64,000 nucleotides of DNA from Desulfobacteraceae bacterium (GTDB taxonomy: Bacteria; Desulfobacterota; Desulfobacteria; Desulfobacterales; JACKCP01): contig JACKCP010000011.1 of the NCBI GenBank assembly GCA_020633955.1, forward strand, positions 24,027 through 88,026. The letters run 5' to 3'. Of this stretch, positions 49,777 to 61,937 are shown in pieces. The position numbers were made by a program, and so were the translations under genes. The notes under the pieces are model-generated. The model did no database searches. It was not told the DNA's origin and saw only the letters and a list, made by a program, of their open reading frames with translations. The stretch's first letter is position 1. Each line of letters opens with the position of its first letter.

Positions 49777-50208
49777 TTATCTCCTGAGACTGTGAGCCTC
49801 AATTTTTTTTCTCAGTCTCAGGTAAGGAGCATACTCCTTGTCACAATTACATATATGGTCAGAATAAACATCTGCAATATGATCGACCATTTCATTATCA
49901 GTTGTTTCCGGATCTTCAGCAAGTCTTCTTCTCAGCTTGATAAGACATCTTAAATAACTTTTATGCTCTTTTCTATGGAGATCAACTTCTGGATACCTGT
50001 ATTTGGCAAGAAGCTTTTCTTCTCTGGAAAAATGTATCCTGAACCCGTCAATAATTGAATTCAGCTCTTCAATATTAAAGCTCCCGGGTCTTTTAGATAT
50101 TTTTTTCAAAACATCATTTAATTTTTCTGCAAGAAATTTTCTTGGTTCATCTAAATCCTTTATCAAAACATCAAACTCATTTTTCCATTTGATTTCTTTC
50201 ATCAACAT
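49777..50208 (-). CDS. hemerythrin-like metal-binding protein
   Basis: 143 aa. It carries HFSREE, HRKEH and DHICNCD ligand blocks. The first canonical His (D-x-x-H-x-x-(L/I)-F) appears to be replaced (LDEPRKFL). Confidence 0.75.
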   Translation of the reverse strand: MLMKEIKWKNEFDVLIKDLDEPRKFLAEKLNDVLKKISKRPGSFNIEELNSIIDGFRIHFSREEKLLAKYRYPEVDLHRKEHKSYLRCLIKLRRRLAEDPETTDNEMVDHIADVYSDHICNCDKEYAPYLRLRKKIEAHSLRR

Positions 50209-50458
50209 TCACCTTTAAAAAAGAATATTTAAAAAATTTTTAATGACTATTATAACAATGATTTTTTATTTTAAAAGACAGAAAAAAACCATTTTTTAAT
50301 TTTTTTTTAAAACAATACAAACAAAAAAAACAATGACTGCTAATAAACTAATAAATTAATCATGAGCAAAACCGTATTTGCCGGTCAATAAAGTAATATT
50401 CAAACTTTGACCCAAAAAATATTCCATGCATTATGCGGTTAAATTTTTTATATTTCTT

Positions 50459-50494
50459 GAAGCCAACAAAAATTCTGGTTTCAGCCAAATAACT
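50459..50494 (+). repeat. diverged copy of the intergenic repeat family
   Basis: gaagccaacaaaaattctggtttcagccaaataact aligns with gctgaacaaaaaattctagttttcggccaatcact (17502-17535). Confidence 0.4.
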
Positions 50495-50612
50495 AAATAA
50501 AAAAATTGCTTAATCTAAAACACTAATTATTGTAACTTCAAGCAGTATTTTAATTCATAAAAAAAATAATTTGAATAAATTTTATCAAATCATTTTAAAC
50601 AGGAGAAAAAAC

Positions 50613-51860
50613 TTGCATATTGTAATAGCAGGAGGCGGTTTTGCAGGGATAAACGCTGCAAAAGCACTCGGTAATAAAAAGGATGTCAAGGTAACACTGA
50701 TAGATAAAAAAAACCATCATTTATTTCAGCCGCTGCTTTATCAGGTTGCAATGGCAGGGTTAAGCCCTGCAGAAATTGCAGCTCCAATAAGAAGTCTTCT
50801 GTCAAAATACAGAAACATAAGAGTTCTTCAGACAAAACTCATGGATATTAATCAGGATGAAAATACAATAAAAACAGACTTCAAAGATATTACATACGAT
50901 TATCTGATTTTGGCATGCGGAGCTAAAACAACATATTTTGGCAATGAAAACTGGGAATGCAATGCACCAGGACTAAAAACGATTGAACAGGCAACAGAAA
51001 TAAGAAGAAGGGTTTTAACTGCATTTGAAGATGCAGAAAGAACCGATGACCCTGAAATGCAGAAATTTCATCTTACATTTGTAATTGTCGGAGGAGGACC
51101 AACAGGAGTTGAGCTTGCAGGAGCAATAGGTGAAATGAGCAGGTTTACACTTGCAAAGGATTTTAAAAATGCAAATCCAAAACTTACAAGAATAATTTTA
51201 GTTGAAGCAGGAAAAAACATATTAAACGATTTTTCAAGAAAATTAAGAGAAAGGGCTGTAAGAGACCTTGAAAAGCTTGGAGTTCAGGTCTGGACTTCAA
51301 GTAAAGTTACAGATATCGATGATAAATCAGTCACTATAGGAAATGAAAAAATCCAGACTGCCAATGTTTTATGGGCAGCAGGAATAAAGGCTTTTGAGCC
51401 TGCAAAAAACCTCAATCCAAAAACAGATTATATGGGAAGAATTGTTGTAGAAAAGGATTTGAGTATTCCAGGTCATAAAAATATTTTTGTAACAGGAGAT
51501 CTTGCTTCCTTTGAACAGGAAAATATCGGACTTCTTCCTCCCCTTGCACCGGTTGCCATGCAGCAGGGAACATTTTGTGCAAAAAATATTTTAAGGGAAA
51601 TAAACGGGAAAGAAAGACTTGGGTTTGCTTACAAGGATAAAGGGAAAATGGCAACAATAGGAAGAAGCAAGGCAATTGTTGAAGTCGGCAAATTAAAACT
51701 GTCAGGTTTTTTTGCCTGGCTTATCTGGCTTGTAATTCATATTTATTATTTATCAGGATTTAAAAACAAGTTTTTTGTGTTTCTTAACTGGTCGTGGTCT
51801 TATCTTTCCTTTAAAAAAGGAGCAAGACTTATTCTTTCAAAAAAATGGAAGTCTGACTGA
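50613..51860 (+). CDS. ndh: type II NADH:quinone oxidoreductase (NDH-2 family flavoprotein)
   Basis: I placed the start at TTG 50613 (AGGAGA RBS 6 nt upstream), giving LHIVIAGGGFAGINAAK. A second dinucleotide fold is present (FVIVGGGPTGVELAG). The C-terminus is a hydrophobic anchor. Confidence 0.85.
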   Translation: MHIVIAGGGFAGINAAKALGNKKDVKVTLIDKKNHHLFQPLLYQVAMAGLSPAEIAAPIRSLLSKYRNIRVLQTKLMDINQDENTIKTDFKDITYDYLILACGAKTTYFGNENWECNAPGLKTIEQATEIRRRVLTAFEDAERTDDPEMQKFHLTFVIVGGGPTGVELAGAIGEMSRFTLAKDFKNANPKLTRIILVEAGKNILNDFSRKLRERAVRDLEKLGVQVWTSSKVTDIDDKSVTIGNEKIQTANVLWAAGIKAFEPAKNLNPKTDYMGRIVVEKDLSIPGHKNIFVTGDLASFEQENIGLLPPLAPVAMQQGTFCAKNILREINGKERLGFAYKDKGKMATIGRSKAIVEVGKLKLSGFFAWLIWLVIHIYYLSGFKNKFFVFLNWSWSYLSFKKGARLILSKKWKSD

Positions 51861-51890
51861 AAAAAAACGGGGGTTTAATCCCCCTGTTTT
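51861..51890. terminator. bidirectional rho-independent terminator between convergent ndh and pgsA
   Basis: aaaaaaaacggggg-tttaat-ccccctgtttt. The G5/C5 core stem is flanked by A-run/T-run arms that serve both strands. Confidence 0.6.
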
Positions 51891-51947
51891 CTGGAGGGTA
51901 AACGAAAACGTTCTTTTTACCCCACATCTGCTTATAAATTTTCAGGT

Positions 51948-52517
51948 TCAGGTAAAATACTTTCTTGCCTTGTAAAAATAATCAAAGCCTGAAACAAGAG
52001 TCAGTACAAGTGCAATCCAGATCAAAATATTTCCAATATATGCCATATCAATTCCAATGAAATTATAGTGATAGATCAGAGGAATTAGAGCTGCTATCTG
52101 AAAACCTGTTTTCCATTTTGCAACAACAGATGCCGAAACATCGTCGTTATGTTCTGTCATAAGATTTCTTAGACCTGTAACAGCAAGTTCCCGCCCAATT
52201 ATTATGCATACCATCCAGTCAGGAACCCATCCCTTTGAAACAAGCATTATAAAGGCAGAACTTATCAGAATTTTATCAGCAAGGGGATCCATCATTTTAC
52301 CGAAATTTGAAACAAGTCCCATTTTTCTTGCAAGGAATCCGTCAAGATAATCAGTGATGGATGCAAGAATAAATACAACAGCCGCAAAAAAACAATTCCA
52401 GAAACTGTCTCCAAGCATGAGCAAAATAAGAACCGGAACAGCAATCACCCTGTAGAGGGTAAAAGCATTGGGATGCATAAGTTTTTTCTTTAAATCTTCT
52501 TTAATCCTGAACTTCAT
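51948..52517 (-). CDS. pgsA: CDP-diacylglycerol--glycerol-3-phosphate 3-phosphatidyltransferase
   Basis: 189 aa. Shows the CDP-alcohol phosphatidyltransferase motif DYLDGFLARKMGLVSNFGKMMDPLADK. It has multiple TM helices. Confidence 0.9.
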   Translation of the reverse strand: MKFRIKEDLKKKLMHPNAFTLYRVIAVPVLILLMLGDSFWNCFFAAVVFILASITDYLDGFLARKMGLVSNFGKMMDPLADKILISSAFIMLVSKGWVPDWMVCIIIGRELAVTGLRNLMTEHNDDVSASVVAKWKTGFQIAALIPLIYHYNFIGIDMAYIGNILIWIALVLTLVSGFDYFYKARKYFT

Positions 52518-52522
52518 TTTCT

Positions 52523-53014
52523 TTAATCCTTCAAATATTTTTTTATCCCCTGGCTTAAAACTTTTTTTTCTTCAGATAATTTTTTAACACTTTTCTTAAA
52601 TACAGGATGCACAAAATTTTCATTGATATCCATTAATGGAAAAAGAACAAAAGCCCTTTCATGCATTCTTTCATGGGGTATCTTAAGATCTGGCAGATCA
52701 ATTATTTCATCTGAATAAAATATTATGTCAATATCTATAGTTCTTGGGCCAAACCTTATTTTTTTTTCACCCTGCCCCATTTTCTCCTGGATTTTTTTTG
52801 CTGTTTCAAAAATTTCAAAAACAGTTTTTTCCGATTCAAAAAAAACACAGCAGTTTATGAAATTTGGCTGCTTCTCATAATCAACAGGTTCTGTCTCATA
52901 AAAATAAGAAACATTAAGTTTACCAAATTCATTTTCCAGAAAAAAAAGAGCTTTATTTAAATTTTCAGTTCTTTTCTCAATATTGGAGCCAAGACTCAGA
53001 TAAACATCAGCCAT
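52523..53014 (-). CDS. folK: 2-amino-4-hydroxy-6-hydroxymethyldihydropteridine diphosphokinase
   Basis: 163 aa. Shows VYLSLGSNI, GPRTIDIDII, PHERMHERAFVL. Confidence 0.9.
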   Translation of the reverse strand: MADVYLSLGSNIEKRTENLNKALFFLENEFGKLNVSYFYETEPVDYEKQPNFINCCVFFESEKTVFEIFETAKKIQEKMGQGEKKIRFGPRTIDIDIIFYSDEIIDLPDLKIPHERMHERAFVLFPLMDINENFVHPVFKKSVKKLSEEKKVLSQGIKKYLKD

Positions 53015-53391
53015 TACCTTATCTCAAATTCTTTTAAGGCAGACTTGCTTTTTATGTCATTTTTTACAGCTGTAAGCCTCAGCTTATAACGGCCCTGCCC
53101 AAAATCTGAAAAAACATGATAATCACGCTCGCCTTCGATTTCTGCAATCTTTACAAAAGAATCAGGGCATGACTCGCATTCTGTCTGAGAAAGTTCCAAA
53201 ACAAAATAATCTGCATTTCCTTTATTATCGAAAAAAAGAGTATGCTTTTGATCTTTTGAAACAATTTTCAAATTTTCAGGCATTGGAACTGTTTCCATGT
53301 CTGTAACAAAGGGCATTGCCTTTCTTCCGCAGCCTGAAAAAAAAAGACAGATAAAAACAAAACTAATAATTAAAATTCTTTTGTTCTTCAT
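53014..53391 (-). CDS. small lipoprotein of unknown function
   Basis: It begins [22 protein letters not shown] (lipobox). The start is uncertain (ATG 53391 or TTG 53406). It overlaps the argH 3' end by 29-44 nt, and its stop overlaps the folK start. Confidence 0.55.
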   Translation of the reverse strand: MKNKRILIISFVFICLFFSGCGRKAMPFVTDMETVPMPENLKIVSKDQKHTLFFDNKGNADYFVLELSQTECESCPDSFVKIAEIEGERDYHVFSDFGQGRYKLRLTAVKNDIKSKSALKEFEIR

Positions 53392-54763
53392 CAAGAAGCT
53401 CTGCAATACTTTTTAGTTCGTTTTTAATATTTTCCCTTGATGTACCGCCAAGCGATTTTCTTTTATCAACAACAGCCTCTATATCAAGGTATGAGTAAAT
53501 ATCATCATCAAAAACATCTGATATTGTCCTTAAATCATCAAGGCTTAGATTTTCAAGCTCACATCCCTTATCAAGAGCAAGTGCAACAGCTTTTCCGGTA
53601 ATTTCATGGGCAAGCCTGAAAGCCACATTTTTTTCTACAAGATAATCTGCCATATCTGTTGCATTTAAAAATCCGGACTTAGTTGCTTCAAGCATTCTGT
53701 CTTTGTTTATCTTAATCTCAGGAAGCATTCTGTTATAAATATCAATGCATGACAAAAGAGTTTTTGCACCGTCAAACAAAGGCGGCTTGTCTTCCTGCAT
53801 ATCCCTGTTGTATGCCATTGGAAGGGATTTCATCAAAGTAAGGATTGCAACAAGACTTCCGTATACCCGTCCTGTTTTACCCCTTACAAGCTCCGGGATA
53901 TCAGGATTTTTCTTTTGGGGCATAATAGAACTTCCTGTTGTAAAACCGTCTGAAATGGTTACAAAGGAAAATTCAGATGTTGACCATAAAATAAGTTCTT
54001 CTGAAATTCTGCTTAAATGCATCATGCATATTGACGCACATGACAAAAACTCTATTACAAAATCCCTGTCTGAAACTGCATCCATGCTGTTTTTTGTATA
54101 GGTTGAAAAACTTAAAAGCTCAGTTGTTCTTTTTCTGTCTATTTTATGGGGAGTTCCTGCAAGTGCTGCAGACCCTAAGGGATTTTCATCAAATCTTTTT
54201 AAGCAGTCAAAAAACCTTGAGGCATCCCTTGTAAACATTTCATAGTATGCAAGCATATGATGTGCAAAAGACACGGGCTGGGCTCTCTGCATATGGGTAT
54301 ACCCGGGTAAAATTGTGTCAATATTTGAAAGAGCTTTTTCATAAAAGTTTTTTCTTAAATAAAAAAGACCTTCCACAACTTCATTTATTACAGTTTTAAG
54401 ATAAAGTCTTATATCAAGTCCTACCTGATCATTTCTGCTTCTTGCAGTATGAAGCTTTCTAGCGGCATCGCCAATTTCTTCAGTAAGATAAGACTCAATG
54501 TGCATATGAATATCTTCAAGTGAATCATCATGCAAAAAATCACCTGATTCTATTCTTTTTTCTATTTTTAAAAGACCCTGCTCAATTTTTTTGGCATCTT
54601 CTCTTGATATGATACCGCACTCAGAAAGCATTTTTGAGTGGGCAATACTTCCCTTTATGTCTTCCTTATAAAGGGCTGAGTCAAAGTCTATGGAAGAGGA
54701 AAACTTTTCCACAGCCTTGTCAGTTGTTACAGAAAAACGCCCACCCCAGAGTTTTGAACTCAT
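53363..54763 (-). CDS. argH: argininosuccinate lyase
   Basis: 466 aa. Starts LWGGRF. Shows [16 protein letters not shown] and [12 protein letters not shown] signatures. Confidence 0.96.
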   Translation of the reverse strand: MSSKLWGGRFSVTTDKAVEKFSSSIDFDSALYKEDIKGSIAHSKMLSECGIISREDAKKIEQGLLKIEKRIESGDFLHDDSLEDIHMHIESYLTEEIGDAARKLHTARSRNDQVGLDIRLYLKTVINEVVEGLFYLRKNFYEKALSNIDTILPGYTHMQRAQPVSFAHHMLAYYEMFTRDASRFFDCLKRFDENPLGSAALAGTPHKIDRKRTTELLSFSTYTKNSMDAVSDRDFVIEFLSCASICMMHLSRISEELILWSTSEFSFVTISDGFTTGSSIMPQKKNPDIPELVRGKTGRVYGSLVAILTLMKSLPMAYNRDMQEDKPPLFDGAKTLLSCIDIYNRMLPEIKINKDRMLEATKSGFLNATDMADYLVEKNVAFRLAHEITGKAVALALDKGCELENLSLDDLRTISDVFDDDIYSYLDIEAVVDKRKSLGGTSRENIKNELKSIAELLDEEQKNFNY

Positions 54764-55968
54764 GAACTCCTCCGCATCATTTCCTGAATCCTCAGGCGAA
54801 GTGCATTAAGGCGTATAAATCCTTCTGCATCTTTCTGATTGTAGGCTCTGTTGTCTTCTTCAAAGGTTGCAATATCAGGGTTATAAAGTGAATTTTTCGA
54901 TTTTCTTCCAAGAATATAGGAATTTCCCTTGTAAAGCTTCATTTTTACTGTACCTGATACTACCTGCTGAGTATGGTCTATCATGGTCTGAAGCATTTTC
55001 ATTTCAGGTGAGAACCAGAATCCGTTGTAGATAAGCTCTGCATATTTTGGAATAAGGGAATCTCTTATATGTGCAACTTCACGGTCAAGTGTAATCGATT
55101 CAATTGCCATATGTGCATTTCTCAAAATTGTACCGCCCGGAGTTTCATATACACCCCTTGACTTCATTCCAACAAACCTGTTTTCAACAAGATCTATTCT
55201 TCCTATGCCGTTTTGTCCTGCAATCTGGTTTAATTTTGCAAAAAGAACTCCTGGAGACAGATATTCGCCGTTTACTGCAACAGGGTCACCGTTTTCAAAC
55301 TCGATTTCAATTATTTCAGGTTTGTCAGGAGCCTTTTCAGGAGGAATACTCATTGTATACATATCCTCAGTTGCAGATTCCCATGGATCTTCCAAGACTC
55401 CGCCCTCATAGCTTATGTGTAAAATATTTCTGTCTGTTGAGTATGGCTTTTCAATAGTTGTAGGAACCTCAATTCCATGTTTTTTTGCAAAAGCCATAAG
55501 AGCAGTTCTGGAATTTAAATCCCAGTCTCTCCATGGGGCTATGCACTTGATGTTTGGTTCAAGAGCAAGATAGGAAAGTTCAAATCTTACCTGATCGTTT
55601 CCTTTTCCTGTTGCACCGTGACTTACTGCATCAGCGCCTTCTTTTCTTGCAATTTCAACCTGTTTTTTTGCAATAAGGGGTCTTGCAATGGAAGTTCCTA
55701 AAAGATAATTCCCCTCATATATTGCATTTGCACGAAAAGCCGGGAAAATATAATCTTTAACAAATTCTTCCCTAAGATCTTCTATATAAACCTTTGAAGC
55801 TCCTGTTTTAAGAGCTTTTGGCTCTACAAAATCAAGTTCTTCCTCCTGGCCCAAATCTGCTGTATAGGCTATTACTTCGCATTCATATGTTTCAATGAGC
55901 CACTTCAATATTACTGAAGTGTCAAGTCCTCCGGAATATGCAAGAACAACTTTTTTTATATCTGACAT
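54760..55968 (-). CDS. argG: argininosuccinate synthase
   Basis: 402 aa. Shows [22 protein letters not shown] and [16 protein letters not shown]. There is a 4-nt overlap with argH. Confidence 0.97.
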   Translation of the reverse strand: MSDIKKVVLAYSGGLDTSVILKWLIETYECEVIAYTADLGQEEELDFVEPKALKTGASKVYIEDLREEFVKDYIFPAFRANAIYEGNYLLGTSIARPLIAKKQVEIARKEGADAVSHGATGKGNDQVRFELSYLALEPNIKCIAPWRDWDLNSRTALMAFAKKHGIEVPTTIEKPYSTDRNILHISYEGGVLEDPWESATEDMYTMSIPPEKAPDKPEIIEIEFENGDPVAVNGEYLSPGVLFAKLNQIAGQNGIGRIDLVENRFVGMKSRGVYETPGGTILRNAHMAIESITLDREVAHIRDSLIPKYAELIYNGFWFSPEMKMLQTMIDHTQQVVSGTVKMKLYKGNSYILGRKSKNSLYNPDIATFEEDNRAYNQKDAEGFIRLNALRLRIQEMMRRSS

Positions 55969-55979
55969 GATTACCTCTG

Positions 55980-56909
55980 TTATTTAATATTATTAGTAAT
56001 AAAAATATCCAAAAGAGCCTTGTGCATGTGAAGCTTGTTTTCTGCTTCATCAAAAATTATTGACTGGCTTCCCTCCATGACTTCATCACTTATTTCCTCT
56101 CCCCTGTGGGCTGGAAGACAGTGCATTACACAGCAGTCTTTTGCAGCATGGCTTAAAAGAGCGGAATCAACAAAAAAGTTTTTGAAAACCTTTTCCCTTT
56201 CCTTTTGTTCAGCTTCCTGTCCCATGCTTGCCCATACATCTGTATAAATAATGTCTGCATCTTTTACAGCTTCTTTCGGATCTCTGAATATTTTTATATT
56301 TTTGTTTGTTTCCAGAGCCTTTTCAAGAACTTCTTTATCAGGGTCATAGTTTTCAGGGATTGCAAGACTTAGTTCAAAGCCTAAAACCTTTGCAGCATTT
56401 ATCCATGAATTTGCAACATTGTTCCCGTCTCCAACCCAGGCATATTTTAAATTTGAGAGATTATTTATTCCACCCTTATGCTCTGCAACAGTCATTAAGT
56501 CACTTAAAATCTGACATGGATGATACAGGTCTGTAAGTGCGTTTATAACAGGAATTTTACTGTATTTTGCAAAATCTTCAACAAGCTCCTGTGCGTAGGT
56601 TCTTATTACAAGAATGTCGCAGTATCTTTCAAGAACCCTTGCAGTATCTTTTACAGGCTCACTTCTGCTCATCTGGGTGGCACCTGAACTTAAAAACATC
56701 GGATGTCCTCCAAGCTGTGCAAATGCAACTTCAAAGGAAACCCTTGTTCGTGTGGAGGCCTTGTCAAAAATAAGTGCCATTGTTTTTGAAATAAAAGGAC
56801 GGTCAATTATCCCTTTTTTAAATCTTTCTTTTAATTCCAATGCTCTTTCAATAAAATAAATCAGTTCTTCTTTTTTTAATTCTCCTAAATGAAGCAGATC
56901 CTTTTTCAA
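55980..56909 (-). CDS. argF: ornithine carbamoyltransferase
   Basis: 309 aa. Shows [22 protein letters not shown] and [10 protein letters not shown]. Confidence 0.94.
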   Translation of the reverse strand: MKKDLLHLGELKKEELIYFIERALELKERFKKGIIDRPFISKTMALIFDKASTRTRVSFEVAFAQLGGHPMFLSSGATQMSRSEPVKDTARVLERYCDILVIRTYAQELVEDFAKYSKIPVINALTDLYHPCQILSDLMTVAEHKGGINNLSNLKYAWVGDGNNVANSWINAAKVLGFELSLAIPENYDPDKEVLEKALETNKNIKIFRDPKEAVKDADIIYTDVWASMGQEAEQKEREKVFKNFFVDSALLSHAAKDCCVMHCLPAHRGEEISDEVMEGSQSIIFDEAENKLHMHKALLDIFITNNIK

Positions 56910-56999
56910 TTTAACCTCTATCTTTTGTAATTGTTCAGCTTAAGCTGGATTTCAGTCAACCGGATTTTTCCTCAGTTTTAAGCTGAATAGTTCAGTTTT

Positions 57000-58190
57000 T
57001 TAAAATTCGCCAAAAACAATATCTGCAGTTTCTGCAAACATGTCCATAGTTTCAGTATCTATTGTCAAAGGCGGTGCAAGCCTTATTATGTGTCCCTGAA
57101 TTATGTTTATCAGAAAACCTTTTTCATAAAAGCTTTTTACAAGATTTGAAACATCAAAATTTTCATCCAGTTCAACACCCATCAAAAGACCGAGTCCTCT
57201 CACATCTTTGATAATCTTATGTTTTTCCTTTAATTTCATCATTAAATCAAGTAAATATCTTCCTTTTTCCAAAGCTTTTTCACAAAGATTATCCCTTTTT
57301 ATAATTTCAAGGACTTTGTCTGCGGCCGCACATGAGACAGGGTTTCCTCCAAAAGTTGTCCCGTGGGAACCCGGCCCGAAAGACTGCATTACATGATTTG
57401 AGGCAAGCATACACCCTATTGGCATTCCGTTTCCAAGAGCCTTGGCAAGAGTCATAATATCTGGAACAACATCATAGTTTTCATAGCAGAAAAGCTTTCC
57501 TGTTCTTCCAATGCCTGTCTGGATTTCATCAAAAATAAGAAGAATATGGTTTTTGTCGCAAAGCTCCCTTAAATCCTTTAAAAACTTTTTATCAGCCGGC
57601 CTTACCCCGCCTTCACCCTGAACCGGCTCAAGCATGATTGCGCATGTATTTTCGCTTACAAGTTTCTTTACAGACTCAATATCGTTGAATACGGCATAAT
57701 CGAAACCTTCAGGAATTGGAGCAAATCCTTTTTTAATTTTATCCTGTCCAGTGGCAGCTATTGTTCCAAGGGTTCTTCCGTGAAATGAATTTAAAAAGGT
57801 AATGATTTTATTTTTATGGATTCCATAATTGTCGCACCCGTATTTTCTTGCAAGCTTTATTGCAGCCTCATTTGCCTCAGCTCCCGAGTTTGCAAAAAAA
57901 ACCCTGTCTGCAAAACTTGAGTCTACAAGTTTTTTGGCAAGACTTGTCTGTGGCATCGTATAATAAAGGTTTGAAACATGAAAAAGCTTTTCAGCCTGAT
58001 TTTTTACGGCCTCAACAACTTCAGGATGACAATGGCCAAGACTGCACACAGAAATACCTGAAAAAAAATCATAAAAAGAGCGGCCCTTTTCATCATATAT
58101 TTTAAGTCCTTCACCCCGCTCGATCATGAAAGGATAACGCGCATATGTATCTGCAATATTTGAATCGGATACTTCAATCAGCTCTGACAT
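57000..58190 (-). CDS. argD: acetylornithine aminotransferase
   Basis: 396 aa, a class-III PLP aminotransferase. Shows [30 protein letters not shown], and TLAKALGNG with the PLP Lys. Confidence 0.92.
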   Translation of the reverse strand: MSELIEVSDSNIADTYARYPFMIERGEGLKIYDEKGRSFYDFFSGISVCSLGHCHPEVVEAVKNQAEKLFHVSNLYYTMPQTSLAKKLVDSSFADRVFFANSGAEANEAAIKLARKYGCDNYGIHKNKIITFLNSFHGRTLGTIAATGQDKIKKGFAPIPEGFDYAVFNDIESVKKLVSENTCAIMLEPVQGEGGVRPADKKFLKDLRELCDKNHILLIFDEIQTGIGRTGKLFCYENYDVVPDIMTLAKALGNGMPIGCMLASNHVMQSFGPGSHGTTFGGNPVSCAAADKVLEIIKRDNLCEKALEKGRYLLDLMMKLKEKHKIIKDVRGLGLLMGVELDENFDVSNLVKSFYEKGFLINIIQGHIIRLAPPLTIDTETMDMFAETADIVFGEF

Positions 58191-59089
58191 GAAAACACCT
58201 CTGTACCTATACCCTGGTTAGTAAAAAGCTCCAGTAAAATTGCATGGCTTTTTGTTCCGTTTATTATCTGGGTTTTTCCGACACCTGATTCAACAGCTTT
58301 TAATGCACACTCAATTTTTGGAATCATTCCGCCCACAATTTCTTCCGAGTCTATCATTTCTTTTGCCTTTACAGAGTCTATTGATGAAATAAGATTTTTA
58401 TTTTTATCTAAAACACCGTCAACATCTGTCATGAGAATAAGTCTTCCTGCATTGAGAGATGATGCAACTTCAGATGCAACAATATCAGCATTTATATTGT
58501 ATGTTTCACCGTTTTTTCCAACTCCAACAGGTGCAATAACAGGGATAAACCCCTTGTCTGAAAGGGTTTTTATAATTTCAGGTCTTATTTCAACAACACG
58601 TCCTACCATTCCGGGATCTAGAATTTCCGGCGGCTTGTTTTCATCAATTTTTTGAAGAATCTGCATTTTTTCGGCAACAATAAGTCCTCCGTCCTTTCCG
58701 GTAAGACCAACGCATTTTCCGCCTTCACCGGAGATAAGTGCAACAATTGACTTATTCACCTTTCCGCCCAAAACCATTTCAACAACATCCATGGTTTCTT
58801 CATCTGTAAATCTCATCCCCTGGACAAATTTTGTTTCAATACCCATTCTTTTCAGAACATTGTTAATCTGGGGACCGCCTCCGTGAACAACCACGGGATT
58901 AATACCAATAAACTTTAAAAGGGTGATATCCTTTGCAAAATCATGTTTAAGCTTTTCATCCACCATGGCATGACCTCCGTACTTTATAACAATTGTCATG
59001 CCTGCAAACTTTCTGATGTATGGCAGAGCTTCAATAAGAATATCAGCTACTTTTCCAGGGCCTTGTGAATCAAAAATAGTGTCTGTCAT
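58178..59089 (-). CDS. argB: acetylglutamate kinase
   Basis: 303 aa. Shows [37 protein letters not shown]. Confidence 0.95.
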   Translation of the reverse strand: MTDTIFDSQGPGKVADILIEALPYIRKFAGMTIVIKYGGHAMVDEKLKHDFAKDITLLKFIGINPVVVHGGGPQINNVLKRMGIETKFVQGMRFTDEETMDVVEMVLGGKVNKSIVALISGEGGKCVGLTGKDGGLIVAEKMQILQKIDENKPPEILDPGMVGRVVEIRPEIIKTLSDKGFIPVIAPVGVGKNGETYNINADIVASEVASSLNAGRLILMTDVDGVLDKNKNLISSIDSVKAKEMIDSEEIVGGMIPKIECALKAVESGVGKTQIINGTKSHAILLELFTNQGIGTEVFSCQS

Positions 59090-59105
59090 CTCTAATTTTC
59101 TCTTT

Positions 59106-60455
59106 TTATAAAATGTATCTGCTCAAATCCTGATTGTTTTTAATGTCAGAAAGCTTATCCTTAACAAAAGCACCATCAATTTCAATATTTTTCTCATCAA
59201 TATCCGGAGCTTTATATAAAATTTCTTCAAGAAGCTTTTCCATTATTGTATGAAGCCTTCTTGCACCTATGTTTTCAGTCCCGGCATTAACCTCTTCTGC
59301 AATTTTTGAAATTTCCTTTACAGCTTCATCTGTAAACGAGAGATTTATTCCTTCTGTTCTTAACAGCGCAATATACTGTAAGGTAAGTGCATTCTGAGGT
59401 TCTGTGAGAATTCTGTAAAAATCGCCTGCTCCGAGAGAATCGAGTTCAACTCTTATTGGAAATCTTCCCTGAAGTTCTGGAATAAGATCTGATGGCTTTG
59501 ATATATGAAAAGCTCCTGCTGCAATAAAAAGAATATGGTCTGTCTTTACGCTTCCGTATTTTGTCACAACTGTGCTTCCCTCAACAATAGGGAGAAGATC
59601 ACGCTGAACACCTTCCCTTGAAACATCAGGGCCTTTTCCCCCTGTTCTTGCAGTAACCTTGTCTATTTCATCGAGAAAAATTATTCCTGACTGCTCTGTA
59701 AGATCTATTGCCTTTTTTGAAACTGCATCCATATCTATTAAAGAAGCCGCTTCTTCATCTTCAATTATTTTAAGGGCGTCTTTTACCTTCATTTTTCTTT
59801 TTTTGGTATTTTTTGGAAAAATATTTCCCATCATGTCCTTGAAATTAAATCCAAGCTCTTCCATTCCCATATTTGAAAAAACTTCAACCATTGGAGTTGA
59901 GCGTTCATTTACCTCAACTTCAACCTCTCTTTCATCAAGCTTTCCGTTTTCAAGCATTTTCCTTAATTTATCTCTTGTTTTTTCACGGGTTTCAGCTGTT
60001 TCAACAACGTCCATTGAGTTTTGACCTTCACTCTGACCTGAACCGGGAAGAAGAAGATCCAAAACCTTTTCTTCGGAAATTTTTCTGGCCTTTTCCCTGA
60101 CCCTTTCCTCCTCTTCAACCTTGACCATTGAAATTGCTGTATTTAAAAGGTCTCTGACCATTGACTCAACATCTCTTCCAACATAGCCTACTTCAGTAAA
60201 TTTTGAAGCTTCAACCTTTACAAAGGGAGAACCTGTAAGCTTTGCAAGTCTTCTTGCAATCTCAGTTTTTCCAACACCTGTTGAGCCGATAAGAATTATA
60301 TTTTTGGGAGAAATTTCATCTCTTAAATCCTCTTCGACATGACGTCTTCTCCAGCGGTTTCTAAGGGCTATGGCAACTGATTTTTTTGCGTTTTTCTGAC
60401 CGATTATATATTTGTCCAGTTCCTGTTCAATCATGGCTGGTGTAAGGTTAAGCAT
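59106..60455 (-). CDS. hslU: ATP-dependent protease ATPase subunit HslU
   Basis: 449 aa. Starts [17 protein letters not shown]. Walker A is [15 protein letters not shown], with IIFLDEIDK and an I-domain insertion. Confidence 0.97.
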   Translation of the reverse strand: MLNLTPAMIEQELDKYIIGQKNAKKSVAIALRNRWRRRHVEEDLRDEISPKNIILIGSTGVGKTEIARRLAKLTGSPFVKVEASKFTEVGYVGRDVESMVRDLLNTAISMVKVEEEERVREKARKISEEKVLDLLLPGSGQSEGQNSMDVVETAETREKTRDKLRKMLENGKLDEREVEVEVNERSTPMVEVFSNMGMEELGFNFKDMMGNIFPKNTKKRKMKVKDALKIIEDEEAASLIDMDAVSKKAIDLTEQSGIIFLDEIDKVTARTGGKGPDVSREGVQRDLLPIVEGSTVVTKYGSVKTDHILFIAAGAFHISKPSDLIPELQGRFPIRVELDSLGAGDFYRILTEPQNALTLQYIALLRTEGINLSFTDEAVKEISKIAEEVNAGTENIGARRLHTIMEKLLEEILYKAPDIDEKNIEIDGAFVKDKLSDIKNNQDLSRYIL

Positions 60456-60468
60456 AATAAATTTCCCT

Positions 60469-61011
60469 TTATTTTTTCTCTATTTTTTCAATTGTAAAAT
60501 TTGAATTTGTATAAATACAGGTTTCAGCCGCAATTTCCATTGCACTCAAGACAATATCCTCAATATCCATTTTTGTATTTCTGAAAAGAGCAAGAGCTGC
60601 AGACTGTGCTGAAATGCTTCCTGAACCTATTGAAATTACCCCTTCATCAGGCTCAATCACATCTCCTGTTCCTGAAATCAGATAAGTGTTTGAATCATCT
60701 GCAGCAATCATCATTGCTTCAAGCTGTCTCAAATATTTGTCTGTTCTCCATTCCCTTGCAAGCTCAACAGATGCTCTTGTAAGATTTCCGCTGTACTGCT
60801 CAAGTTTTCCCTCAAGCCTTTCTGTAAGGGTAAAGGCATCTGCTGTTGCTCCTGCAAAACCTACAATAATTTTATCATTGTAAATTCTTCTTACTTTTCT
60901 TGCTGTCTTTTTAATTGCAGAATTTCCTAAAGTGACCTGGCCGTCTCCTGCAACAACAACCTTGTTGTCTTTTCTGATGCTTAAAATTGTGGTTCCCTTG
61001 AATTTATCCAT
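60469..61011 (-). CDS. hslV: ATP-dependent protease subunit HslV
   Basis: 180 aa. The Thr nucleophile context is [24 protein letters not shown], followed by [10 protein letters not shown]. Confidence 0.96.
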   Translation of the reverse strand: MDKFKGTTILSIRKDNKVVVAGDGQVTLGNSAIKKTARKVRRIYNDKIIVGFAGATADAFTLTERLEGKLEQYSGNLTRASVELAREWRTDKYLRQLEAMMIAADDSNTYLISGTGDVIEPDEGVISIGSGSISAQSAALALFRNTKMDIEDIVLSAMEIAAETCIYTNSNFTIEKIEKK

Positions 61012-61031
61012 ATTAAAAACTCCTGATTCCC

Positions 61032-61937
61032 CTAATTCCTCGGGTGTGATTTATCATATACTTCCATTAATCTGTCCATTGTGACATGGGTATATTTTTG
61101 TGTGGTTGAAAGACTTTTATGATTTAAAAATTCCTGAATAAACCTTAAATCCGCTCCGTTATCAAGCATGTGAGTTGCAAAGCTGTGCCTTATTTTATGA
61201 GGTGATGTTTTAAAATGAAGCCCGGCTTTCAATATAAGTCCGTCAAGAATTCTTGCAATTGATCTTGCAGAAATTCTTGTTTTGAATCTGTTTAAAAAAA
61301 GTGCTCCCTCAAGCTTTCTGTGAATTTCCATTTCCGCAAGCTCGATATAGTCTCTTAAATATTTTAAGGACTTTGATGAGCAGGGAACTATCCTTTCCTT
61401 TCTTCCTTTTCCAAAAACCTTTATAAAACCTGAATCAAAAACATCGTCAACATTCAATCCAACAAGCTCAGAAACCCTTATTCCAGTTGAATACATAAGC
61501 TCAAAGACAGCCCTGTTTCTTGCATCAAGCCAGGTTTTGACTGAAATTGAATCAAGGAAATGAAACATATCGTCAATTCCTATAAAAGAAGGAATTGTCT
61601 TTGAAAGCTTTGGAAGACTTACTCCTGTACATGGATTTTTCTTAATTTTATCAGTTTTAAGAAGATGGTTGTAAAAGGAAGCTATGGAAGCAATTTTCCG
61701 CCTTATTGAAGAAGGCTTGTATTTTTTTGAATGAAGAAAATAAAGATAATTTCTGATCTGCTCCTTTTTTACATCTTCAGGCAAAAGTCCGCCTTCGTTT
61801 TTCCTGATAAAAAGACAAAAATCCTCAATGTCTTTTGTGTAGCCGGTTATTGTATGCTCACTTGCATTTTTTTCAGCTGCAAGAAATGATACAAAATTTA
61901 AAATATCTTTTTCCCATGTCTGGTTTTCCATATTCAT
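61032..61937 (-). CDS. xerC: tyrosine recombinase XerC/XerD
   Basis: 301 aa. The catalytic R..HxxR..Y pattern is present ([35 protein letters not shown]). Its position directly upstream of hslVU matches the conserved xerC/codV-hslV-hslU arrangement. Confidence 0.8.
   Translation of the reverse strand: MNMENQTWEKDILNFVSFLAAEKNASEHTITGYTKDIEDFCLFIRKNEGGLLPEDVKKEQIRNYLYFLHSKKYKPSSIRRKIASIASFYNHLLKTDKIKKNPCTGVSLPKLSKTIPSFIGIDDMFHFLDSISVKTWLDARNRAVFELMYSTGIRVSELVGLNVDDVFDSGFIKVFGKGRKERIVPCSSKSLKYLRDYIELAEMEIHRKLEGALFLNRFKTRISARSIARILDGLILKAGLHFKTSPHKIRHSFATHMLDNGADLRFIQEFLNHKSLSTTQKYTHVTMDRLMEVYDKSHPRN

Noticed and set aside
61032-61937. Tyrosine recombinase as a marker of a mobile element
   Set aside because: The conserved xerC-hslV-hslU housekeeping synteny, and the absence of flanking repeats or cargo genes, argue for the chromosomal dimer-resolution recombinase.
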